NCBI RefSeq assembly: GCF_019008365.1
Contig: NZ_JAHHUL010000007.1
Coordinates: forward strand, 14,133-46,132
DNA: 32,000 nucleotides
Direction: 5' to 3'
DNA from: Phosphitispora fastidiosa
Lineage (GTDB): Bacteria; Bacillota; Thermincolia; Thermincolales; UBA2595
The notes under the pieces are model-generated. The model did no database searches, was not told the DNA's origin, and saw only the letters and a list, made by a program, of their open reading frames with translations. Below are positions 7,914 through 15,406 of this stretch, one piece after another. How positions within the stretch are numbered: the stretch's first letter is position 1; each line of letters opens with the position of its first letter. The translations under genes were made by a program, and so were the position numbers.

Positions 7914-8741
7914 ATGCCAGAATTACCGGAAGTGGAGACTATACGAAGGTCCCTGGAAGATAAAATAAAGGGCAAAACCTTTACAGGCATCGAAATTTTT
8001 CTCGAAAAGATTCTTAAGGGCATTGACGCGGGTGAGTTTGATGAGAAATTAAAAGGCAAAAAAATAACCGGAATCAGCCGCAGGGGCAAATACCTGATCA
8101 TACAGCTGTCCGGCGGCCTTGTAATGGTTGTCCACCTTAGAATGACAGGACAGCTCCTCTACTGTTCCGCAGAACAGGAACGGGTAAAACACACTCATGT
8201 GATTTTCCACCTGAGTGACAAATATGACTTGAGATTTGTTGACCAGCGCCAGTTTGGCAAGGTACAGTTTTTGCCCGCTAAAGATCTGGAGAACCTTTCC
8301 AGCCTGAAGAACCTGGGTGTGGAGCCTTTAAGTGATGATTTTACCAGGGAGTTTTTCAAAAAGGGCTTGCGCAACAGAAGGGTCAAGATTAAGCCCCTTC
8401 TCCTGGAACAGGAATTTATCGCCGGAATTGGCAACATTTATGCTGATGAGGCCCTGTTCCGGGCCAGGGTGAATCCGGAGAAGGTTGCCGCCAACCTCAG
8501 CCCCAGGGAGGCCTCAATGCTGTTTAATGCAATCAGGGAAGTCCTTATTGAGGGTATAGATAACAAGGGCACTTCCATCAAAGACTATATTGACGGTGAC
8601 GGTAACAAGGGCAGCAACCAGAATAATCTCAGGGTTTACGGGCGTGACAGACAGCCCTGTACAAAATGCGGCACGGAAATACAAAGAGTTGTGATCAGGG
8701 GCCGCAGCGCTCATTATTGTCCCAAGTGCCAAAAAATCTAA
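7914..8741 (+). CDS. mutM: Formamidopyrimidine-DNA glycosylase
   Basis: N-terminal MPELPEVETIRR (catalytic Pro2/Glu3), an H2TH region, and a C-terminal zinc finger CTKCG...AHYCPKCQ. Size is 275 aa, in the conserved position after polA. Confidence 0.95.
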   Translation: MPELPEVETIRRSLEDKIKGKTFTGIEIFLEKILKGIDAGEFDEKLKGKKITGISRRGKYLIIQLSGGLVMVVHLRMTGQLLYCSAEQERVKHTHVIFHLSDKYDLRFVDQRQFGKVQFLPAKDLENLSSLKNLGVEPLSDDFTREFFKKGLRNRRVKIKPLLLEQEFIAGIGNIYADEALFRARVNPEKVAANLSPREASMLFNAIREVLIEGIDNKGTSIKDYIDGDGNKGSNQNNLRVYGRDRQPCTKCGTEIQRVVIRGRSAHYCPKCQKI

Positions 8742-8872
8742 TAAGCGCTTTTTGCTGTACCGGTCCCGGACTAGCTCCCTGAATCGCAGACAGGCACATA
8801 AGGGGAACCCCTCCCATATATTACATTGTAAGGCCAAGGAGCAAGGAATCAGGAGGGGGGAGGACCGGTATA

Positions 8873-9541
8873 GTGGAACTGTTATCCATTATTGCCTTCG
8901 CAACAGCTTTGAGCCTGGATGGATTCGGTGTAGGAATCTCTTACGGCATGAGGAAGATCAGGATTCCCGTATTGTCACTGGTGGTAATCAGTCTGACATC
9001 ATCTACGGCCATAGGGCTGACCATGTTATCCGGCCATTTCGTGTCACAGTATATATCTGCAGAAATGGCGGAAATAATCGGGGCATCAATCCTGATACTG
9101 GTGGGGCTTTGGATTCTGCTGCAGACCTGGTCAAAAAAAGAATCTCATATCAAGCCAGGGGAGAAGAGTGTTGGGGAACACAATCCTGAGTGCCAGACAA
9201 TACTGGACTTTAAAATAGAGGCCTTTGGCCTGGTAATTAAGATAATGCGGGAGCCTACAGTTGCTGATTTTGACAAATCAGGGTTTATCAGTGTCAAGGA
9301 AGCGCTGCTCCTGGGATTGGCTTTAGCCATGGATGCCATTGGCGCCGGATTTGGCGCTGCTATGACGGGATTTACCCCTGTTTTAACTCCTTTGATAGTA
9401 GGGATTGTCAAATTCCTTATGGTAAGTCTGGGAGTAATTTTGGGGAGGCGTTATGCCGTTAATTGGCTGGGCAACCGGGCCGCGGTATTACCCGGATGGG
9501 TATTGATAATGCTTGGTGTGGCCAGGGTAATGAAGATCTAA
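8873..9541 (+). CDS. ytaF: Sporulation membrane protein YtaF (MntP-like membrane protein family)
   Basis: GTG start follows AGGAGGGGGGAGG. The polytopic membrane protein has duplicated halves (ALSLDGFGVGISYG ... ALAMDAIGAGFGAAM). Its position after polA-mutM matches Bacillus subtilis. Confidence 0.8.
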   Translation: MELLSIIAFATALSLDGFGVGISYGMRKIRIPVLSLVVISLTSSTAIGLTMLSGHFVSQYISAEMAEIIGASILILVGLWILLQTWSKKESHIKPGEKSVGEHNPECQTILDFKIEAFGLVIKIMREPTVADFDKSGFISVKEALLLGLALAMDAIGAGFGAAMTGFTPVLTPLIVGIVKFLMVSLGVILGRRYAVNWLGNRAAVLPGWVLIMLGVARVMKI

Positions 9542-9554
9542 AATGTAATATGGG

Positions 9555-9669
9555 CAGGGGTAGATGTATTCCTACGGCGGGCTACGTCTCCGCCGGCAGC
9601 AGCTCCCGCTTCGCGGGTCGCTGGCCGGACGGACGACAGACTCCGCCTTCCGGAACACATCTACCCCTG
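9555..9669. repeat. 115-nt GC-rich rod-like hairpin / long inverted repeat immediately after ytaF
   Basis: Outer arms 9555-9572 (CAGGGGTAGATGTATTCC) and 9652-9669 (GGAACACATCTACCCCTG) pair at 17 of 18 positions. The interior continues with GGCGG/CCGCC, CCGGCAGC/GCTG-GCCGG and CCCGC-TTC-GCGGG helices. It is followed by TTTCT. Confidence 0.75.
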
Positions 9670-9892
9670 TTTCTACTATATTTGGTATGTTCCCCTTAAG
9701 GTAGACAGGTTAAATAATGAAAACCTACTGTCGAAAGGGGAGCATTATCATGTTTTGAAAAAGACCAATATAGCGGAGCAAAGAAAAATGCGGCTGTAGG
9801 AGAGTCATGTCGCAAACTTTGGTTAATAGGAGTGGCTTGATTTTTCCATTTGAGTTATAATATTAGTTAAGAATAATTTAGGGGATGTTTCT

Positions 9893-10519
9893 ATGTCTCA
9901 TATTTATACAATAGGTCATTCAATACATTCAGTTGAACACTTTTTATTATTATTAAACAGCAATGGTATAAACTGTGTGGTTGATGTTAGAAGTGTTCCG
10001 TATTCAAAATACAGTCCTCAATACAATATGAATGAACTGAGGCAACAGTTAAAGAGTAACGGCATTTATTACGTTTTCATGGGAAAAGAACTTGGAGCAA
10101 GACAATCAGATAAATCTTTATACAATGATGATGGATATGTTGACTTTGAAAGAGTCAGAAATAGCACTCTTTTTAAGACTGGTATTGAACGGGTTAAAGC
10201 AGGAATGAAAAAGGGATTTAAGATTGCTTTGATGTGTACCGAAAAGGATCCTATAGAATGTCATAGGAATATTTTAGTGGCAAGAGCGTTTTATTTGCAA
10301 AACTATCCTGTTTTAAACATTCTTGAAAACGGCGCTGTGGAAACACAAGATCATTTGGAAAATAGATTATTAGATAAATATTTTCCTAATAGAAATCAAA
10401 GAAATATTTTAGAGTTACTTGATGGTGAAATCAATGAAAAAGATATGATAATAAAAGCTTATCGAGAACGGAATAAGGAAATCGGATATAAGAATGATGA
10501 TGGGAGTCAAGTAATATGA
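9893..10519 (+). CDS. DUF488 domain protein, long form (208 aa), function unknown
   Basis: SD AGGGGA lies 8 nt upstream of the ATG. DUF488 hallmarks as I recall the family: IYTIGHS, VVDVRSVPYS, YVFMGKELGAR and the C-x-E-x5-C-H-R motif (CTEKDPIECHRN). Sits in a low-GC context. Confidence 0.75.
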   Translation: MSHIYTIGHSIHSVEHFLLLLNSNGINCVVDVRSVPYSKYSPQYNMNELRQQLKSNGIYYVFMGKELGARQSDKSLYNDDGYVDFERVRNSTLFKTGIERVKAGMKKGFKIALMCTEKDPIECHRNILVARAFYLQNYPVLNILENGAVETQDHLENRLLDKYFPNRNQRNILELLDGEINEKDMIIKAYRERNKEIGYKNDDGSQVI

Positions 10520-10959
10520 AAGTGTATACTATTGGTTTTACAAAGAAATCTGCTAGAGAGTTTTTTGCTTTGCTAAAAAAGCATTCCGTGAAAAAAATAT
10601 TGGATATAAGATTAAATAATTGCTCACAACTGGCCGGTTTTTCCAAAGGAGCTGATTTAGAATATTTTTGTGAAATTTGTGGTATCGGGTACGAACACAA
10701 TACCAGGTTATCTCCAACCAAATCAATATTGGACGATTATAAGAAGAAACGGATTGGTTGGCCTGAATACGAAGAACAATTTCTCAAGCTCCTAAGTGAA
10801 AGAAAAGTTGAAGAATTATTTAACTTCGGTGATGGAAACAATGATGTGGTTTGTTTTCTATGCAGTGAAGAAAAGGCAGACCAATGCCACAGAAGATTGG
10901 TGGCAGAATATTTTAAATGCAAAAATCCTAAGTTAGATATAGAGATTGTTCATATTTAA
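10516..10959 (+). CDS. DUF488 domain protein, short form (147 aa), function unknown
   Basis: The ATG overlaps the upstream stop (ATGA at 10516-10519), and GGGAG lies 11 nt upstream. Motifs VYTIGFTKKS, ILDIRLNN and the same C-x-E-x5-C-H-R motif (CSEEKADQCHRR) are present. Confidence 0.72.
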   Translation: MKVYTIGFTKKSAREFFALLKKHSVKKILDIRLNNCSQLAGFSKGADLEYFCEICGIGYEHNTRLSPTKSILDDYKKKRIGWPEYEEQFLKLLSERKVEELFNFGDGNNDVVCFLCSEEKADQCHRRLVAEYFKCKNPKLDIEIVHI

Positions 10960-10990
10960 TTAACCTGGTTACGAAGCGGGGTGGTAAGAA

Positions 10991-11656
10991 ATGGTCAAAG
11001 AAATAATAATTTTGGCAACTTCGGTGAAATACCGAAATTATTGCATTGCCGGAATTGATAAAGCCACAGGTGAATGGGTGCGAATTATCTCGGATGATGA
11101 TTCGATAGAAAATGCTGTCAGAATGGAAGATATGTGTTACGCGGATGGCTCTGTTCCCAAGGTTTTTGATGTGGTTCGAATAAAATGTAAGGGACATAGA
11201 CCAAACTTTTATCAGCCGGAAAACTTTCTTCTAGATGATACCTGTTACTGGCAAAAAGTTGATAGGGCGAGTATAAGTGATGTAATAAAAGTTCATCCGC
11301 CTGAGGATAAACCATATATTTTTTATAATCATACAAAGCGCATTCACAAAGATGACTTAGAACAAATTTGTAAAGTTGCGTCGGACAACCACTCTTTAAT
11401 TCTCATTTCTCCTAAAAATGTTATTGTTCATGTTAATGAATTCCCTGAACGGAAAACCGTAACAATTAGTTTCGACTACAACGACTGTACATATAAGTGG
11501 ATACCTACGACAGATACAGACTTTAAGAAAAGATATTTGGAGTTAGAGCCATTTCACTATCGAGTTAAGGAACGGGTGTTCTTAGTATTAAGTCTAGGTG
11601 TATGTGACCCTAAAGATGGATGTCATTATAAGCTTGTTGCAACAGTATTAGAATAA
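10991..11656 (+). CDS. Hypothetical protein (221 aa), third gene of the DUF488 cassette
   Basis: SD GGGGTGG lies upstream of the ATG, and the ORF is a clean 221 codons in a low-GC context. No catalytic motif was recognised. The N-terminal IIILATSVKYRNYCIAGID..GEWVRI and C-terminal LSLGV...YKLVATVLE pattern loosely recalls proteins annotated as dual-OB-fold domain proteins; this is unverified. Confidence 0.7.
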   Translation: MVKEIIILATSVKYRNYCIAGIDKATGEWVRIISDDDSIENAVRMEDMCYADGSVPKVFDVVRIKCKGHRPNFYQPENFLLDDTCYWQKVDRASISDVIKVHPPEDKPYIFYNHTKRIHKDDLEQICKVASDNHSLILISPKNVIVHVNEFPERKTVTISFDYNDCTYKWIPTTDTDFKKRYLELEPFHYRVKERVFLVLSLGVCDPKDGCHYKLVATVLE

Positions 11657-11668
11657 AAGCAATTCTAG

Positions 11669-11705
11669 CCCAGGTCCTAATAATGACCTGGGTTTACTGT
11701 TTCTT
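11669..11705 (+). terminator. Rho-independent terminator closing the three-gene cassette
   Basis: CCCAGGTC (11669-11676), an 8-nt loop, then GACCTGGG (11685-11692), followed by TTTACTGTTTCTT. Confidence 0.7.
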
Positions 11706-11737
11706 AGGTTCTGCTGATAAAAAATAAAAATTAATAC

Positions 11738-11766
11738 TTGATTAATGTCCGGAGGAAAAGTATATT
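11738..11766 (+). promoter_or_regulatory. Sigma-A-type promoter upstream of coaE
   Basis: TTGATT (11738-11743), 17 nt, then TATATT (11761-11766), about 70 nt upstream of the coaE ATG. Confidence 0.4.
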
Positions 11767-11835
11767 TTATAGAGGATGGGCTTTTTGTAGTAGAAGCTGT
11801 TCCGAAAACTGTTCACACAAATAAGGAGAGTCATC

Positions 11836-12474
11836 ATGACTGTTATTGGCCTTACGGGAAGCATAGCCAGCGGTAAGAGCCTGGTTGCTGAGGTTCTTAA
11901 AGAAAAGGGAGCGGTATTAATCGATGCTGATGTGGTGGCCCGGGAAGTTGTTGAGCCGGGGACAGAAGGCTGGAGGCAAATCCGGACCGAATTTGGAGAT
12001 GCTATTTTAAAGCCTGACGGGACGGTTAACCGCAAAGAGCTTGGAAATATGGTTTTTGCCAGCCCCGGACTGTTGAAAAAATTGAATAATATTGTGCATC
12101 CCATCATAGAAAAAGAAGTAATCGGCAAAATAAATTTATTCCGTGCCGGCTCGGTAAATGGAAACGAGGTCATGGTTATTGATGCCCCGCTCCTTATTGA
12201 GGCAGGAATGCACCGCTTGGTAGATGAGGTCTGGGTGGTCGATATCCCTCATGAAGTGCGGGTAAGGCGCCTGATGGAGCGTGACCGGCTGACCAGGGAA
12301 CAAGCGCTTGGGAGGATAAAAAGCCAGATGCCTGCAGAGGAAAAAAAGAAGTATGCCGGCATTGTCATAGATAACTCTGGAGACAGGCATGATACCAGAA
12401 AAGCTGTGGCAGAATTATGGGAAAGGCGTTTCGGGAAACCCGGGGTGGAAACAGTTGAGAAAACGAAAAATTAG
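11836..12474 (+). CDS. coaE: Dephospho-CoA kinase
   Basis: SD AAGGAGAG is present. The P-loop is GLTGSIASGKS, the DADVVAREV motif is present, size is about 200 aa, and the gene occupies the conserved position after ytaF. Confidence 0.93.
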   Translation: MTVIGLTGSIASGKSLVAEVLKEKGAVLIDADVVAREVVEPGTEGWRQIRTEFGDAILKPDGTVNRKELGNMVFASPGLLKKLNNIVHPIIEKEVIGKINLFRAGSVNGNEVMVIDAPLLIEAGMHRLVDEVWVVDIPHEVRVRRLMERDRLTREQALGRIKSQMPAEEKKKYAGIVIDNSGDRHDTRKAVAELWERRFGKPGVETVEKTKN

Positions 12475-13027
12475 ACGTGGCCGGATTATCTGGTTGCTAT
12501 TGCTGATTGCGGTCGTTGCTATGTTGAGTAGCAAATCATTTTGGCGGGTGTTTTATCCGCTGCCTTATAAAGAACTGGTTTTTTCCCAGGCAGCAAAAAA
12601 CAATATAGATCCTTATTTGGTTGCTGCTATTATCAAGACTGAAAGCAATTTTGTGCCATCAGCCGAGTCCCCCATGGGAGCCAGGGGAATAATGCAGATA
12701 ATGCCCGAAACAGGAGCATGGGCAGCACAACAGATGAATCTCAGGGAATTCAAACCAGACGATCTCTATAATCCGGAACTCAATATCAGGATAGGGTCCT
12801 GGTATATCAGCAACCTTAATACAGAGTTTAAGGGCAATAAAATACTGGTAGTTGCAGCTTATAACGGGGGCCGGGGAAATGTTAGAGAATGGCTGGATAA
12901 GGGCCTCTGGACCGGTGAACATGCAAGTGTTGATCAGATACCTTTTAGTGAGACCAGAGCGTATGTCAAAAAGGTATTACGGAATTATTCCTGGTATAGG
13001 TATCTCTATAAGGAAGCTCCCGGATAA
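12389..13027 (+). CDS. Lytic transglycosylase (SLT domain) with N-terminal membrane anchor
   Basis: Anchor is IIWLLLLIAVVAMLS. SLT motifs are IIKTESNF (catalytic Glu), GIMQIMPET and AAYNGGRGNV. The true start is uncertain: ATG 12389 overlaps coaE by 86 nt, whereas the in-frame TTG at 12455 (behind GGGGTGGAA) would give MRKRKIRRG... Confidence 0.85.
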   Translation: MIPEKLWQNYGKGVSGNPGWKQLRKRKIRRGRIIWLLLLIAVVAMLSSKSFWRVFYPLPYKELVFSQAAKNNIDPYLVAAIIKTESNFVPSAESPMGARGIMQIMPETGAWAAQQMNLREFKPDDLYNPELNIRIGSWYISNLNTEFKGNKILVVAAYNGGRGNVREWLDKGLWTGEHASVDQIPFSETRAYVKKVLRNYSWYRYLYKEAPG

Positions 13028-13084
13028 CCCGCTGCGTATGTGGTATACAGGTCGTACAGGAGTTCCCTGTGGGCCCGGTTTTAG

Positions 13085-13113
13085 TTTACAAAAAATGCAA
13101 AATAGGATATAAT
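13085..13113 (+). promoter_or_regulatory. Strong sigma-A-type promoter with no annotated gene directly behind it
   Basis: TTTACA (13085-13090), exactly 17 nt, then TATAAT (13108-13113). Confidence 0.55.
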
Positions 13114-13211
13114 AAAAGCACACATTCCTTGACACCTCAAACGCACGTGGAAAGTAGGAGATTATTATGTTATTTGAGGGCAGGAAAACATTACAAAAAG
13201 GATATTTCACG

Positions 13212-13243
13212 GACCGGTCATCTATGGCCGGTCTTGTTGTTTG
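13212..13243 (+). terminator. Rho-independent terminator / attenuator upstream of the first sigma-54 activator
   Basis: GACCGGTC (13212-13219), a 6-nt loop, then GGCCGGTC (13226-13233). The stem is 8 bp including one G-U pair and is followed by TTGTTGTTTG. Confidence 0.55.
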
Positions 13244-13297
13244 TGATTACAAATAGCAATTAGTTTCAGATATTATTAAAGGAAAGGAGTGAAGGGA

Positions 13298-15391
13298 ATG
13301 CCGGTCCATGACAGGAAAGAACAAATGCTGAAAGCCTGGACAGAATTTGTGGAACAGGGGCATGTGAACAAAAACTGGGTCCGCCGGGAAATCGAAGATT
13401 CATGGCGCCGCAGCCGGAGTATGGGTATTGATAAGTGTCTTGAAAATATACCTTTTTTGGCTGAAACAGCTGAGCTGGAACAGCGCCGCGAAGCGAACCG
13501 GGAACTGCTTGAAATATCTTTCCCAATCATGAAGAACCTATTCTCCTTTGTTGAAGGATCCGGGTTTATCGTGGCCCTGATTGACCGTGATGGCATAATC
13601 CTGCAAAGCCTTGGCGACCGGGAGACTGTGGCCCTTGCATCCCGGAACAGCCTGGTTGCCGGAGCAAGCCTCAATGAAGCGGTATCCGGTACAAATGCAA
13701 CCGGGTTAGCCCTCAAACAGGGACGGCCTATACAGGTTTTTGCAACTGAGCACTACATCAAGGCCCTTCACCCCTGGACCTGTTCCTCCGGTCCCATTTA
13801 CGGGCATTCGGGGCAGTTGGTAGGGGCGCTGAGTATGACCGGTTCTTTTGAAAAAGTCCATTCACATACTCTGGGGATGGTTGTTGCCGCTATTGATTCT
13901 GTTGAAGGTCAATTAAAGGTAAATAAAGTCCTGGAAAACCTGCTGGTTGTCAATCGCTATCAGAATGCTATCGTGGAATCAATTTCCGATGGGCTGATAG
14001 CTGTTGACGAAAAAGCGCGGGTGACCAAAATAAATAAGGCTGCGGATGCTTTGTTAAAAATTAACCCGGATTCGGTCATTCATTCTTCAATTAACGAACT
14101 TCTGGGATATCACAACCCCATTTTAAAGGCTCTGCAGACAGGTGATATCTGCACCGATGAAGAGTTCCAGGCAGATACCAAGAGGGGTAAGGTGCATTGT
14201 ACCATGACCTGCCGGCCCATCCGGAATCCCCAGCAGAAAATTGTCGGAGTTGTTACAGTTGTCCGGGAGATCCGGGCAGTTAAGCAGTTGGTAACCCGTA
14301 TGGTCGGGGCCAGGGCCAGGTTTACCTTTGATGACCTGATAGGGAGGAATGCCACTTACCTGAAGACAGTGGAGATGGCCCGGACGGCTGGCGGAAGCTC
14401 TTCGAATGTGCTGCTGCTGGGTGAAAGCGGAACCGGCAAGGAGGTCTTTGCCCAGGCCATCCATAATGCCACCTCCAGAGCCAAAGGGCCGTTTATTGCC
14501 ATAAACTGTGCTGCCCTGCCCCGTGAGCTGATAGGGAGCGAACTGTTCGGATATAACGAGGGAGCCTTTACCGGCGCAAAACGGGGCGGCAGTCCAGGCA
14601 AATTCGAACTGGCTGACGGGGGAACCCTGTTCCTTGACGAAATCGGGGAAATGCCCCTTGAGCTTCAGGCTAACCTGCTCCGGGTTTTGCAGGAAAAGGC
14701 TGTGGTTAGAATCGGCGGGGACCAGGTGATCCCGGTTGATGTCCGGGTGATTGCGGCAACTAACAAAGACCTGCAGCGTGAAGTGGAAAAAGGGGCCTTC
14801 AGGTCAGACCTGTATTACAGGTTGAATGTGCTTACAATAAACATGGTTTCCCTGAGGAACCGCAAGGATGATATCCTTCCCCTGACCGGTTTTTTTGTGG
14901 AAAAGGTTAATGCCAGGCTGGGTAAAAATGCCGTGGTAATCCCTCCTGAAACCCTTGATTACCTCCAAAGGTATCACTGGCCCGGGAATATCAGGCAATT
15001 GGAGAACGTGATTGAGCGTGCAGTTCACATCGCCTCAGGGGAAAATATCACCCCTGACTGCCTGCCTGATGAAGTACTGTCAGATACCCGGATTCATCTG
15101 GTCAGCGCCGCACAAGAAGCGGAACAGGCTGAAACAAAGGCTAACAGTGATGTTGTCGTCAGAAAAAGCGGTAGGAAAGCCGGCAGAACCGATATCCTCG
15201 AGGCCATCAAAAACAATGACGGCAATCTGACAAATGCCGCCAAGGACCTTAAAATATCAAGGAGTACTCTTTACCGGAAGATGGAAAAATATAGTATTAA
15301 GGTGGTTGAAGGGGAGTTTGTCTCATCAGGAATGCACCGGTCACGGCCCTTCATAGAAGTGGCCAATGAGCGCTTCCGGATTGATGATTAG
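13298..15391 (+). CDS. Sigma-54-dependent transcriptional activator (AcoR-like N-terminal GAF-type sensor, PAS, AAA+, Fis-type HTH)
   Basis: ATG 13298 lies 8 nt after GGAAAGGAG. Walker A is GESGTGKE, the GAFTGA loop is [11 protein letters not shown], Walker B is LFLDEIGEM, and the C-terminal HTH is [19 protein letters not shown]. Confidence 0.92.
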   Translation: MPVHDRKEQMLKAWTEFVEQGHVNKNWVRREIEDSWRRSRSMGIDKCLENIPFLAETAELEQRREANRELLEISFPIMKNLFSFVEGSGFIVALIDRDGIILQSLGDRETVALASRNSLVAGASLNEAVSGTNATGLALKQGRPIQVFATEHYIKALHPWTCSSGPIYGHSGQLVGALSMTGSFEKVHSHTLGMVVAAIDSVEGQLKVNKVLENLLVVNRYQNAIVESISDGLIAVDEKARVTKINKAADALLKINPDSVIHSSINELLGYHNPILKALQTGDICTDEEFQADTKRGKVHCTMTCRPIRNPQQKIVGVVTVVREIRAVKQLVTRMVGARARFTFDDLIGRNATYLKTVEMARTAGGSSSNVLLLGESGTGKEVFAQAIHNATSRAKGPFIAINCAALPRELIGSELFGYNEGAFTGAKRGGSPGKFELADGGTLFLDEIGEMPLELQANLLRVLQEKAVVRIGGDQVIPVDVRVIAATNKDLQREVEKGAFRSDLYYRLNVLTINMVSLRNRKDDILPLTGFFVEKVNARLGKNAVVIPPETLDYLQRYHWPGNIRQLENVIERAVHIASGENITPDCLPDEVLSDTRIHLVSAAQEAEQAETKANSDVVVRKSGRKAGRTDILEAIKNNDGNLTNAAKDLKISRSTLYRKMEKYSIKVVEGEFVSSGMHRSRPFIEVANERFRIDD

Positions 15392-15406
15392 AGTAAGCTG
15401 TATATA

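Noticed and set aside
8742-8872. yybP-ykoY manganese riboswitch upstream of the MntP-like ytaF
   Set aside because: The conserved GGGGAGUAG / UUGACA-type elements I remember for that class are absent. Only generic pairings are present, and these are reported separately as a low-interest finding.
8752-9189. 145-aa + strand ORF overlapping the start of ytaF
   Set aside because: It is in a different frame from the well-supported membrane protein YtaF, is Arg-rich, and has no SD.
12389-12454. 86-nt overlap between coaE and the lytic transglycosylase ORF
   Set aside because: This is probably an artefact of choosing the first ATG. An in-frame TTG at 12455 with an upstream purine-rich stretch gives a conventional basic N-terminus plus TM anchor. 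It is not treated as a genuine overlapping-gene feature.
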